From a virus, in IMG/VR virus record IMGVR_UViG_3300005613_000053, positions 4,156-68,155 of that record: a stretch of DNA of 64,000 bases; one strand, 5' to 3'. A program made the position numbers and the translations under genes. The first letter of the stretch is position 1; each line of letters opens with the position of its first letter. Shown here one piece after another: positions 46,254-55,716 of the stretch. Below the pieces are notes generated by a model that made no database searches, had not been told where the DNA came from, and saw nothing but the letters and a program-made list of their open reading frames with translations.

Positions 46254-48296
46254 CTATTCCTCCTCATCCATGGCAGAAGACACCTCATCTACCACTTTCT
46301 CTATTTCCTCATCACTGGAACCATCCGGCAGCTTATCAGCTATACTATCAGCCATAGAATCTGCATCAGAATCGCTTAAACTCGCTCCACCCTCATCATT
46401 ACCCTCAGGAGCACTTTCCTGGCTCTCCTCGCCCGATTCTGGCTCTTCCTGGCCACCCTGGTCAGCTCCGCCATCTCCGAAATCAAACGATGAGCCTCCC
46501 TCATCGCCTCCGCCTCCAAATCCATCACCGAATCCGCCTCCGCCAAAACCATCCTCACCCTCTGCTGGAGCAGAATAGTCCAACTTCAGATACTTGGCTA
46601 TCTTCTCGGCTGCATTACTGTTTTCAACAATCTTTCTACCAGACTCTGAGGCTATTTCCTCAATAGTCCTATTGAAGTTTGAATCCTTGACAGTAAACAA
46701 GTCCTCATACAGCTTGACATCAATCTCATCAGCATTGAGATTAAACAGCTCATAAATGATATCAACCGGGATACTACCCTTCTGATACAACTGGAACAGG
46801 CTATCAAATACTTCCGCATTGTCACGGATTGTCAGCCTATTGAAGCCAATCTTCGGATACCAATACTCCTTGACTCCATTAGAATCCTCATCATACCAAC
46901 CCTTTGCTTCACAAATAGGTATAAACAACTGCTTCTCGATATAATTCTTCAAGACTTCCCTGGTCAACAAGAACATTGAGTTCAAAATCTCAACTGTAAT
47001 CTTATTACCACTGAAAGTACCTTCACCAGTCAGAAGTTCTCTTGTAACTCCTAAACCAGCAAAGACCTGATTCTCGATACGCTCATACTCTGAATCCAAC
47101 TGAAGTAACCTATTATCAGCACCTATCTGTTCCCAGGTCACCTCATAGTTAGTTATAATACTGTACTCAGGGTCCAAATAACTCAAGTCGACCTGTGTCC
47201 TCAAATCATTCAGTTCTGCCGGCATAAGCCCAGGCGCCGTGATAAGATTCTTCGGTGTCATGTTCCTACTCGCCAGGCTCAACTGTGTATACCTGAAATG
47301 CTCCTTCTGAAGCATCGGAACAAGAACCCTCTCAAGAACCGAAACACCCAAATCCATATATGGACTACGCCTTCTTGCCACATGATGCACAAAAGAGCCA
47401 GTAGTCGGGTCAGTATCCATAACGATACATCCCTCACTCTTCACCATCTCCTTCAACTCTTTCGGGACATACTCAACAATCTTCGTCTCAATATTGCTCT
47501 TATCACACTTCTCATCCCCAGCAGAATCAGTCACAGCTACATCACCAAGCCCATCACTACCATCAGGCAACTTAGAAGAACCGCCAGCACCACCATCCTT
47601 AATAAGCGATATCAACCTCTCTGGCCTATACTCCACCCTGGAATTATCAGCAAAAGGATACTGGAATACGAAGACCTCTTCCGGTGGAAGCATTACCGCA
47701 CGACTCCACATCTTCTTCTTTTCATCCCATTCATGGAATACATAGACATTCCCTATCATATTCCACTCCCAGAGAATACTCTGGCACAGGTCAAACAGGT
47801 TCAAGACCTCAGCCTGGTAAGTAAAGAAACGGTAAATCTCATCCTTCAGCTTCTTCTTACCTTCCATCTTCGGCATATTCAAAGTCAGTTTTGACATCGG
47901 AAGGTCAGACAGCAACTCCAAAGCCCTGCCTATATAAGCATCACTCCTGGCCCAGTAACGATACCACGAATACTTCTCCCTCAAGGTAACAGGCCAATAC
48001 AGCAATCCACCATTCTGCTCATTCATCTGAGCAAAGTACGTCGGTATATCGTAAGTCCCACTCCTATCTCCCAGCCCGAAAGCATAAGAACTTCTATATG
48101 TATCCATATAAGTTCCGGAAGTATACGGTGCTGTCTGCTGAGTTGTATCAAGCAGCATTCCAGCTTCGCGAGACCTCGGACCCATACCAAACCCACCTGC
48201 ACCAGTAGCTTTTCTCGCTATTCTGGCCTTAGCAGGGTCAGCCTTCCCAGTTGTGACACCCGGGCTTTTGATTCCAGCCTTTACATCATCACTCAT
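46254..48296 (-). CDS. Portal protein with acidic Gly-rich C-tail
   Basis: Size and position near terminase; GNVY, GVSVLERV, GLGV..LL.GEG. Confidence 0.82.
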   Translation of the reverse strand: MSDDVKAGIKSPGVTTGKADPAKARIARKATGAGGFGMGPRSREAGMLLDTTQQTAPYTSGTYMDTYRSSYAFGLGDRSGTYDIPTYFAQMNEQNGGLLYWPVTLREKYSWYRYWARSDAYIGRALELLSDLPMSKLTLNMPKMEGKKKLKDEIYRFFTYQAEVLNLFDLCQSILWEWNMIGNVYVFHEWDEKKKMWSRAVMLPPEEVFVFQYPFADNSRVEYRPERLISLIKDGGAGGSSKLPDGSDGLGDVAVTDSAGDEKCDKSNIETKIVEYVPKELKEMVKSEGCIVMDTDPTTGSFVHHVARRRSPYMDLGVSVLERVLVPMLQKEHFRYTQLSLASRNMTPKNLITAPGLMPAELNDLRTQVDLSYLDPEYSIITNYEVTWEQIGADNRLLQLDSEYERIENQVFAGLGVTRELLTGEGTFSGNKITVEILNSMFLLTREVLKNYIEKQLFIPICEAKGWYDEDSNGVKEYWYPKIGFNRLTIRDNAEVFDSLFQLYQKGSIPVDIIYELFNLNADEIDVKLYEDLFTVKDSNFNRTIEEIASESGRKIVENSNAAEKIAKYLKLDYSAPAEGEDGFGGGGFGDGFGGGGDEGGSSFDFGDGGADQGGQEEPESGEESQESAPEGNDEGGASLSDSDADSMADSIADKLPDGSSDEEIEKVVDEVSSAMDEEE

Positions 48297-48844
48297 TATC
48301 CTACCCTCGCAATCTTACACTCAGAAATTCCCCGCTCTAAAGCGAAAAGAAGCCTCTTCAACTTCAATACTCTCGCCTTGGCGTACGCATCATCTGAGAG
48401 AACCTTTTCTGACTCAGCGACTCTCTCATAAAGCTCCCTTACCGAACCCAATGTCGAATCCATCCCCATATTCAACGATTTAGCAGCTTTCTTACGATTC
48501 TCTTCAGCCTCCAACCTTTGAGCTTCCCTCTCCCTCTTGGCCTTTTCAGCATCTATCTTCTTTGCCTGCCTGACTTCTTTAGCCTTGGACTGCGCATCCT
48601 CGCGCTCATCCTTAGTCTCATACCTCTCCTTAGCCTCAAGCAACATCTTCACAAGAGGATGACCAGGAGGCAGGTCTGAAATATCACCCAGTAACGCCTT
48701 CTGTTTCTCAAGTTCATCCTTGAGCACATGACCATCCGGCACACTATCTTCCAAATGCCTGACTTCTTCCTTGGCCAAAGACTTCTCAGCCTCTTTAATA
48801 CCAGTCAGTAAATTAACATCAACCTTCTTCTTATCCTTGCTCAT
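48296..48844 (-). CDS. Coiled-coil hypothetical protein
   Basis: AAGGAGG SD. Confidence 0.7.
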   Translation of the reverse strand: MSKDKKKVDVNLLTGIKEAEKSLAKEEVRHLEDSVPDGHVLKDELEKQKALLGDISDLPPGHPLVKMLLEAKERYETKDEREDAQSKAKEVRQAKKIDAEKAKREREAQRLEAEENRKKAAKSLNMGMDSTLGSVRELYERVAESEKVLSDDAYAKARVLKLKRLLFALERGISECKIARVG

Positions 48845-48864
48845 ATTGCCCTCCTTATGGAGTA

Positions 48865-49476
48865 TTAACCGACAGCAGCAACCACTATTAAGAAACTACC
48901 CTCGACATCATTATCGCTCCTCGCCACTACATAACCAGTCCATACATGCGAACCTGATTCCTGTTCACTGGTGAACCTTCCCCTATTACTTACATACAAC
49001 TTATCCCCCGGAGTATACGTCAAAGCAGCCCCGCTGCCAGGCGTAGTCCTCTCCGCCAAATTATCCGTCTCAAATACATAAAACTTATGAAAACCCGTCG
49101 GAGGTACAAACATCGTCGCTATTCTCGACCCCAACCTCTGCAACTGCAAGTTATCATCAATCTCAAATCTCGCCGAAGCATCAAAGCAACTCCAATCAGC
49201 CTTTGTGCTTCCGCCATCCCTTTGTCTTGTATCGGTCGTCCACATATCACTGAGAAGCTGAACCGGCTGCGTATGCTGCGGTCCTGTCTTCAAGAACCCC
49301 GCCAGGATTCCCGTTCCATCAGACCTATCAACAGTCGCCAGGGCTCCGGAAAAACTCAAAGCCGTAGATGAATACTTCACCCACGTCCCAGGAAGCCAAC
49401 CCTCAGTAGCCAGTACACCCACCGGCTCAACAGGGACTTCTTCTCCATCTTTCAGTGTATAATGTAAATCACCCAT
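48865..49476 (-). CDS. Decoration-like structural protein
   Basis: FETD..LTYTPGDKLYVS.RG.FT resembles 29892..30386 (YET..LTYAVGEKLYSS.QGLLT). Confidence 0.55.
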   Translation of the reverse strand: MGDLHYTLKDGEEVPVEPVGVLATEGWLPGTWVKYSSTALSFSGALATVDRSDGTGILAGFLKTGPQHTQPVQLLSDMWTTDTRQRDGGSTKADWSCFDASARFEIDDNLQLQRLGSRIATMFVPPTGFHKFYVFETDNLAERTTPGSGAALTYTPGDKLYVSNRGRFTSEQESGSHVWTGYVVARSDNDVEGSFLIVVAAVG

Positions 49477-49746
49477 CTAAAAAGTCCTCGTCACCTCTTC
49501 ATAAACCACTTTTGCTCTATCCAAGGTCGGAATACCCCAAAAAAGTATATCCGGCTCAGGCCTCAGCTGATTCATCCTATATGCAGCAACGACATAAACC
49601 ACCTCTTCATCACTACTCTGCGGAACTTTCTCCGCTAATATTGCGAATAAATCGTCGTCACCACCATTCATCATAAGGACATTCAGCTCCGGATTATAAA
49701 CAGCTATCGCTGTCTTCATAATCTCCTTCGCCATCCTCATTATCAT
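49477..49746 (-). CDS. Hypothetical protein, tag variant (RMAKEIMKTA)
   Basis: AAGGAG SD. Confidence 0.6.
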   Translation of the reverse strand: MIMRMAKEIMKTAIAVYNPELNVLMMNGGDDDLFAILAEKVPQSSDEEVVYVVAAYRMNQLRPEPDILFWGIPTLDRAKVVYEEVTRTF

Positions 49747-49786
49747 CGTAATTCTCCTTACCTACATACTAAATATAAAAAAATAC

Positions 49787-50947
49787 TCAGTCCTGAAGCT
49801 CCTTCGGCATCCCCAACCTATCAGCCACCGCCTGGAAAACCTCCCCATGAGGCTCATCTAAAGGCCCTAAAACCGCATGAATCAGCTCATGAGCTATCAC
49901 ATGCTTATACCTCTCATCATTAAAAGCCTTCGGACTTATAGTCAAAAGACCAAAATCATACTCCTCATTCGGGTGCCTGAATGAACCAATCTTCCCCTCC
50001 GGGATATCCCAATCATTTACCGCTACCCTTACAGACGGAATATCAACACCTATGCCCTTATCGTCACAAACCTCAGCTATCATAGGCAAAACACCCCTCG
50101 CAAACCTCGTTGCGACCTCCTGAAGAGCCAACTCATCCGCCATCCTTGCCCTGGAAAACGATATACTCTCCGAAGCATTCTTCGAATTCTTCACCTTTCC
50201 ACTCTTGACATATGCCTCCTCGACACCCGGGAGCAGATAATGTTGCTTCAATGTCGCCTGCTGATGTCCCACCTTCTCTGCTACAGACTTCAACACTTCC
50301 TTGAACTTCTTCTTCCTCTCATCCGGGTCAGAAGGAGTCTTGGCCGACTTAAGCATCTGCGATACCAGAGTATTTGCAGCATAACCCCTTATATCCTTGG
50401 CAGTTACTCCAAACTCCTTCAAATACCTGTTCACCCTATCAGCCTTTATTTTAAAGCCATCGCTTGTAGTCATCACCGGTGAATTCTTACCATCACACCT
50501 ACCCTTACAATCCTTCAGCATCGAAGCTATACCCTTATCAGTGAAACTCTTCTCCTGCTCGACACCAGACTTCCCTACATACTTCAGCGTTACCTTGTCT
50601 CCACTCACCGATACATGACTGTTCTGGAAACCTGTCACCCCATAATGACCATCTTTCGCAGAACCTTCATTACCCACACGCTCAGCAGTCTTATCCATTA
50701 TTGCCACCACCATAGCCGTAAGCCTGGTCTTCTCATTCTCAGACTTCATATCCTTCGTGACCTTGCTTCTCAACTTATGAATCTGCTGGGCCAGTTTCCT
50801 TACAGACTCCGTCTTTTTCTTCCGCCTGACTTTTTCCTCATCAGTCATCGGCTTGGCCACAATAGAAGATGCCGTCATCAAAGCGCCAATATCATCAGGT
50901 GACACGCGCCTTCTTTTCTTTCCTGTTTTGTCAAATATATCTCTCAT
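49787..50947 (-). CDS. DNA topoisomerase IB catalytic domain fused to a SprT-like zinc metalloprotease
   Basis: Pentad R(ERVGN), K(VGKSG), R(KDIR), H(VGH), Y(QHY); C-terminal HELIH..HG..F. Confidence 0.85.
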   Translation of the reverse strand: MRDIFDKTGKKRRRVSPDDIGALMTASSIVAKPMTDEEKVRRKKKTESVRKLAQQIHKLRSKVTKDMKSENEKTRLTAMVVAIMDKTAERVGNEGSAKDGHYGVTGFQNSHVSVSGDKVTLKYVGKSGVEQEKSFTDKGIASMLKDCKGRCDGKNSPVMTTSDGFKIKADRVNRYLKEFGVTAKDIRGYAANTLVSQMLKSAKTPSDPDERKKKFKEVLKSVAEKVGHQQATLKQHYLLPGVEEAYVKSGKVKNSKNASESISFSRARMADELALQEVATRFARGVLPMIAEVCDDKGIGVDIPSVRVAVNDWDIPEGKIGSFRHPNEEYDFGLLTISPKAFNDERYKHVIAHELIHAVLGPLDEPHGEVFQAVADRLGMPKELQD

Positions 50948-51327
50948 TATAACCCCGTAGATGTTTTCAGGTCCCACGGACCCCAGTGTTCATGTTTAAG
51001 AATCTTCTTTTTAAACTGCTCCGGCGAATACTTATGGATATTATCACCTATCTGCCCCAATGCATAATAGGCCTTCTTTGGCATTTTGATAGTCCGGTCA
51101 TTCGACACATCTATAACACTTCCACCATCCTCAATCCAGCAGTGACCATATCTCACCCCATCTAAAGGTCCCTGACCAGTTACTTCTCCATGAACAATTC
51201 TCATCCCACTCTTCTTGCCCACAAGCAACGCCTCATCCATAAAGAATCTACCATTAGCCTCATAGCAATCTCCCTTGGCTCCCACCACCGAAACAGCAAC
51301 CCTCAATCCTATTTCATCTCTTCTCAT
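50947..51327 (-). CDS. Tagged transglutaminase/papain-like small protein
   Basis: GDC..HCW..ID putative Cys-His-Asp triad; MRRDEIGLRVA. Confidence 0.55.
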   Translation of the reverse strand: MRRDEIGLRVAVSVVGAKGDCYEANGRFFMDEALLVGKKSGMRIVHGEVTGQGPLDGVRYGHCWIEDGGSVIDVSNDRTIKMPKKAYYALGQIGDNIHKYSPEQFKKKILKHEHWGPWDLKTSTGL

Positions 51328-53147
51328 TGGGCCACCGTCCTGGACTTCAGTCCTTTATAGGCTCCCCTTGGATGGTCGCCATGCATCTTCATCTTCTTCA
51401 AATGATAAGACTGCGGAGTTTCCTTTTTAACTTCCTCAGGCCCACGTCTTACACTTCCAGTAACACCTATACTCCCGCCAGCACCAACTGCCATATGAGT
51501 CGCTCTATCTTTATGACCCGAATAACACATCCACACCGCCCTCACAAAAGCATCAGATATATCATCGTGAGCCCCACGCCTGTTCGGCGCCCTCACCAAT
51601 ATCTTCTTCCCAGGCTTCTTATCAGCCTCAAGAGATATCATTTCCGGAACCAGCACTGGATGGTTGTAAATCTCCAGCAGACCCTCAGCATAAAGCCTCT
51701 TAGCCAACTGATAAATCTCACTATTCTTCTTATCAGTGAAATGCTCCATCACTATCGGCTTTATATTCTTAGTCCTAAACAGTTCCGCCAATGCATAACC
51801 ATTACTCTGGTCAAATACTCCTGCCTTTATCGGGAACCACCTAAGAAGTTCCTGCACATCTTTCACCAGGTCTGCCATCTTAAGCAACTCATTCTCAGCA
51901 TACTTCGTACAGTCCTTGTAGATACCGTCATCCTTCTCCCACACATCAGATGAACCCGAGAACCAACAATCAGCATAATCAAGTATAATCTTCCCGCTCT
52001 TCTTATCCCTGTGGACTATTGATATCGCATTACCATCATTCTTAAATCCTATATCAATACCCATAAAGTAATTAGTCTCTCGGTTGCCCCTCCCGGTCGG
52101 CTTGACATCAGTAACACACCTCTTAAACTCTTCTTCATCATCAACCCAAGCCACAATAGAATCACTGAATTCTCCACCATACTCACAAGTAAAACCTACT
52201 CTATCCCTACGCCTGGCAGCCTTTAAAATCTCAGTAGGTATAGTTGGATTCACCATCGCTGAATACATCTTAAACATCAGCGTTATATCACCCTCATCAA
52301 ACGAATCCACATACCTATCATAAAACGAACCAAACTTTGCATATGGAGAAGATATCGAGATAATCTTACCATCCCTACCAAATGAAGAGATAGAAGGCGT
52401 CAGCGCCTTGTAAACCTCACTACCAGAGAACCTTCCATTATTGTCAATAAAGTGAGCCATCTCATCCATAATAACAACAATAGCATTACGCCCACGAAGC
52501 GCATTAGATGAACAACCACCAGCGATTGAAAGCAGACTCGCCTTCGGCCTACCATGTGTCTTCATATCCTTATCAGTCTGGAGGTCAAAATAAGTCATCG
52601 TCTGGTGAAGTGACCTATCCCTCATATACGGACACTGCATAGCCATTGCCTGAATCATATCAAAAACAATACTCGACTGGTCATCAGTCGGAGCAACATT
52701 CAATATTGAAATCTGGGTATTCGGCGGGAAATTATAAAACTTAGACGGGTCACCCCTCTTCACCAACTTGTATAACTCATAATTAGACACACAAGAAGAC
52801 AGCGTCGACTTCGTACCACGACGCCCGATACAGAGAACCAACTCCTGGAAAATCTTACCTTCAGTATTATCTACATTACAGCGTCCCTCTTCATACAACC
52901 ACTTAAGGAATTCCTTCTCTGTAAACTCATAAAGGATATGCTCATTGACGATATCAGGAACCTTGATTATCTTCTCGTAATCCTCAAGTTCCATTCCATA
53001 AAGGCACTTAAGTATAAACCTCTGCCCAGGCAATAACTTAATATTAAGGCCCCACGCTGCTTCTACAAAGGTGATAATATCGACAACCTCTTCAGTATTG
53101 CCACTGATAAACTCCTTTGCAAGTTCCGCAATAAGATTATCAGCCAT
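51324..53147 (-). CDS. terL: Terminase large subunit
   Basis: Walker A GRRGTKS; Walker B VVIMDE; ISSP; nuclease FMGIDIG and HDD. Confidence 0.93.
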   Translation of the reverse strand: MADNLIAELAKEFISGNTEEVVDIITFVEAAWGLNIKLLPGQRFILKCLYGMELEDYEKIIKVPDIVNEHILYEFTEKEFLKWLYEEGRCNVDNTEGKIFQELVLCIGRRGTKSTLSSCVSNYELYKLVKRGDPSKFYNFPPNTQISILNVAPTDDQSSIVFDMIQAMAMQCPYMRDRSLHQTMTYFDLQTDKDMKTHGRPKASLLSIAGGCSSNALRGRNAIVVIMDEMAHFIDNNGRFSGSEVYKALTPSISSFGRDGKIISISSPYAKFGSFYDRYVDSFDEGDITLMFKMYSAMVNPTIPTEILKAARRRDRVGFTCEYGGEFSDSIVAWVDDEEEFKRCVTDVKPTGRGNRETNYFMGIDIGFKNDGNAISIVHRDKKSGKIILDYADCWFSGSSDVWEKDDGIYKDCTKYAENELLKMADLVKDVQELLRWFPIKAGVFDQSNGYALAELFRTKNIKPIVMEHFTDKKNSEIYQLAKRLYAEGLLEIYNHPVLVPEMISLEADKKPGKKILVRAPNRRGAHDDISDAFVRAVWMCYSGHKDRATHMAVGAGGSIGVTGSVRRGPEEVKKETPQSYHLKKMKMHGDHPRGAYKGLKSRTVAQ

Positions 53148-53151
53148 GATA

Positions 53152-53742
53152 CTACCCTGCCTTTCTCAGAGACTCGAACTCCTCCCTCAACTCCTTCTTC
53201 CACTGGTCCATTTCCTCTCCCAGTACACGGAAGAACAGGTCCTTGGCCTCGTCCTCGATTCCCATTCTATCAAGCGCATCCTTCGACTTGGCCATAAAGA
53301 ACCTAAATATTACCATCATGGCCGGCGAATCAATATCGAACCCGCTCTCCCGTTCAAACTCCTTCTTAGCCTGGACAGCCTTAATGGCCTTTTCCAAGAC
53401 CTCTGCCCTCTTGAAGGATATCACCGACGCATCCCGAAGCTCCCCATTCTCAGTCGCTACCAACTCATTTCCTAATAAATGGTCAGTCTCAACTATAACC
53501 TCATCAATCAAGGCCACCAGCAAGGCTTCAGAATTATCCGAACCCAACTTCTTAAGCCTATCTATAAGAGTTGGAGCACCGTCATGATATTGCTCCACAA
53601 GGTTCTTGCGATATTCTACAACACCAGAAGAGCCAGGTTTAGTAGGCAGAGCTTTCTCGTCACTAACAACCTCCGCTTCTATAGCGTCCGGAGGTGTCAG
53701 AGCCATCCCCTCTTCAGCTCCACTCGTCTCTTCGTTGCTCAT
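53152..53742 (-). CDS. Putative terminase small subunit
   Basis: Helical protein immediately upstream of TerL. Confidence 0.45.
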   Translation of the reverse strand: MSNEETSGAEEGMALTPPDAIEAEVVSDEKALPTKPGSSGVVEYRKNLVEQYHDGAPTLIDRLKKLGSDNSEALLVALIDEVIVETDHLLGNELVATENGELRDASVISFKRAEVLEKAIKAVQAKKEFERESGFDIDSPAMMVIFRFFMAKSKDALDRMGIEDEAKDLFFRVLGEEMDQWKKELREEFESLRKAG

Positions 53743-54821
53743 ATTGTCATATCCGGACGGATATCTACTTCCAAATCAGCCTTTGGCTGTCTTATATCAT
53801 CTAATCCTACCTCGTCCGACCCCTCGAATATGCTACCACCAAGCTCCATACCCATGTCCACGTCGATATTACTAAAGTCAGAAGACTCTACCGTCATCTC
53901 CGCAACCTCTGCTTCCAGCTCAATTTGCCCATCGGCCTCTCCAGCAAGCTGAATCTCATTATCAGCCCTCTGAAGCCTATGCTCTGACGCATCTACCTTC
54001 TCGGCATACTTATCCTCACGCTCAGCCTTTCTAGCTTTATAAGCCATCCTGAATACAGCCTTAACCTTCTCTGATGCAGTCTTGTCAGAAGACTCAATCT
54101 TCTCCAGGTCACCCTCAGGCAATCCTGTGACATTCATCAGGTCCATTACATCAGGAGCCATATAAGACTCATCAATATCAGTCTGAGCAGCCAAAGTCGG
54201 CAGCATCGTAGAGCGACAACAAGCCACAGTAGAAGGCTCATACTTATCATCAGAAGCCATGAAGTCATCCATTGAATTACCACTCGTCTCAGCCAGAACC
54301 ATACCTTCCCTGGCATCAGGCATATCAACCGCATCACCACACGAACAACCAATCACAAACCTCAGACTCGACTTGTAAGGTGAATACTGAGCAGCTTCCA
54401 TGGCTTCCTTGCAACTTCCATAACCTCTACCATCAATAGCCACACAGCCTACAAATCCCTGCAACTTCAACTGAGAAGCAAGCTCTTCCTTTTCGGCAGC
54501 CATCGTATGAGCATCAAATCTTTCCTTGAGAGCAGCAACCAACTCTTCTCCCATGACACCCCTGTTCATCATATCCCTTGCAAACATAACTACTTTCGGG
54601 CCCGGAATCTCTTCCGGAACATTGCGCTCAACAACATTCTCATCCTCTATATCTATCTGAGGTCCAGGATTATCCCACTGCACTTCCAACTCAGGTTTTG
54701 AGTTATTCGGCTCATGCATCCTATCCTCAATATCTACCTCAACACCACTTAAACCGGCATCACCATCATACCATGAGTGGTCAACAATCGACGCTTCCTT
54801 CAACATTTCATCAAGGTTCAT
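53739..54821 (-). CDS. Acidic hypothetical protein
   Basis: TAATG coupling; KEAS and KTAS motifs. Confidence 0.7.
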   Translation of the reverse strand: MNLDEMLKEASIVDHSWYDGDAGLSGVEVDIEDRMHEPNNSKPELEVQWDNPGPQIDIEDENVVERNVPEEIPGPKVVMFARDMMNRGVMGEELVAALKERFDAHTMAAEKEELASQLKLQGFVGCVAIDGRGYGSCKEAMEAAQYSPYKSSLRFVIGCSCGDAVDMPDAREGMVLAETSGNSMDDFMASDDKYEPSTVACCRSTMLPTLAAQTDIDESYMAPDVMDLMNVTGLPEGDLEKIESSDKTASEKVKAVFRMAYKARKAEREDKYAEKVDASEHRLQRADNEIQLAGEADGQIELEAEVAEMTVESSDFSNIDVDMGMELGGSIFEGSDEVGLDDIRQPKADLEVDIRPDMTI

Positions 54822-55093
54822 TACGCTTCCTCCATAGCTTCCCTAACCTCATCCTCAGTCAGTACATCACTGCCAAAAACAGGTTGTATACTCTTTTTAT
54901 CCTCAGATATCGACCACAAACACCTTGTAGTCTTATGTATCAGCATAGCATCTCCGGCCTTAATAAACATACTCATGGCCTTCTTTGTGTTCGGCAGCTT
55001 AGTGATAAACCTTCTATCACCACCTGTTACACAATCCATACCGATACAACTGTGCCAGTTAAAATCGTCAAAAATATTCTTAGACATCATCAT
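54821..55093 (-). CDS. Hypothetical protein (LIHKTTRCLWSI)
   Basis: AGGAGG SD. Confidence 0.65.
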   Translation of the reverse strand: MMMSKNIFDDFNWHSCIGMDCVTGGDRRFITKLPNTKKAMSMFIKAGDAMLIHKTTRCLWSISEDKKSIQPVFGSDVLTEDEVREAMEEA

Positions 55094-55131
55094 CCTCCTA
55101 TATCTGTAAAAATATCAAAGAAAAAATAATA

Positions 55132-55716
55132 CTACAGTGGCAGAGGAAGCTCTACCTCATCACCTCCCTTGTCAAATTCGCCATAGACCCTGCGAATTAT
55201 GTTCAAATTAGAACGTATCATGGTAAAAATCTCATAAACACCCCACATTCCCTGCTCCTCCATCTTATCCAAACATTTGTTATAAGCATATCGAACCATC
55301 ACCTGGGAGACCCCCAGGACCTTGGCCGTCATCGTAAAAGACGACGTATAGAACATCAAAGTCAGTATATCCTGCTCTGAATCAGTGAATTCTTCGGTCT
55401 CAGAATTGAGAAAATTTATAAATATATCGAATACCGAGTGTAGGTAGAATATGAATTTCAGCCTCTTACGTATCCTCTTAATATCATAGCACAAAGAAGG
55501 CTGACTCCTTTGGAGCACAGCCTGCACGTCCTTCTGCTTCTTGCATGAGACAAATATAAGATAAAGAATATCCCGGTCCTTGGCATTCAAAAAGCCAAAT
55601 ATCGGCCCAAATGAGCGTACCTCATCTACTGAGAACTTTGGAGCCGTACTCTGCTCAGGACGCCTACACCTTATTGCCTCCACCCTTTTTCCGACGTATC
55701 TTATTGCGTTTGACAA
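55132..55716 (-). CDS. Tandem sigma-region-4-like HTH transcription regulator
   Basis: LNAKDRDILYL..QKDVQAVL..SQP; EQDILTL..TAKVLGVSQ. Confidence 0.6.
   Translation of the reverse strand: MSNAIRYVGKRVEAIRCRRPEQSTAPKFSVDEVRSFGPIFGFLNAKDRDILYLIFVSCKKQKDVQAVLQRSQPSLCYDIKRIRKRLKFIFYLHSVFDIFINFLNSETEEFTDSEQDILTLMFYTSSFTMTAKVLGVSQVMVRYAYNKCLDKMEEQGMWGVYEIFTMIRSNLNIIRRVYGEFDKGGDEVELPLPL

Noticed and set aside
51324-53147. Intein or intron in terminase, portal or capsid genes; tag on terminase (LIAELAKEF)
   Set aside because: Sizes and motif spacing are normal with no splice-junction motifs; the tag match is too weak
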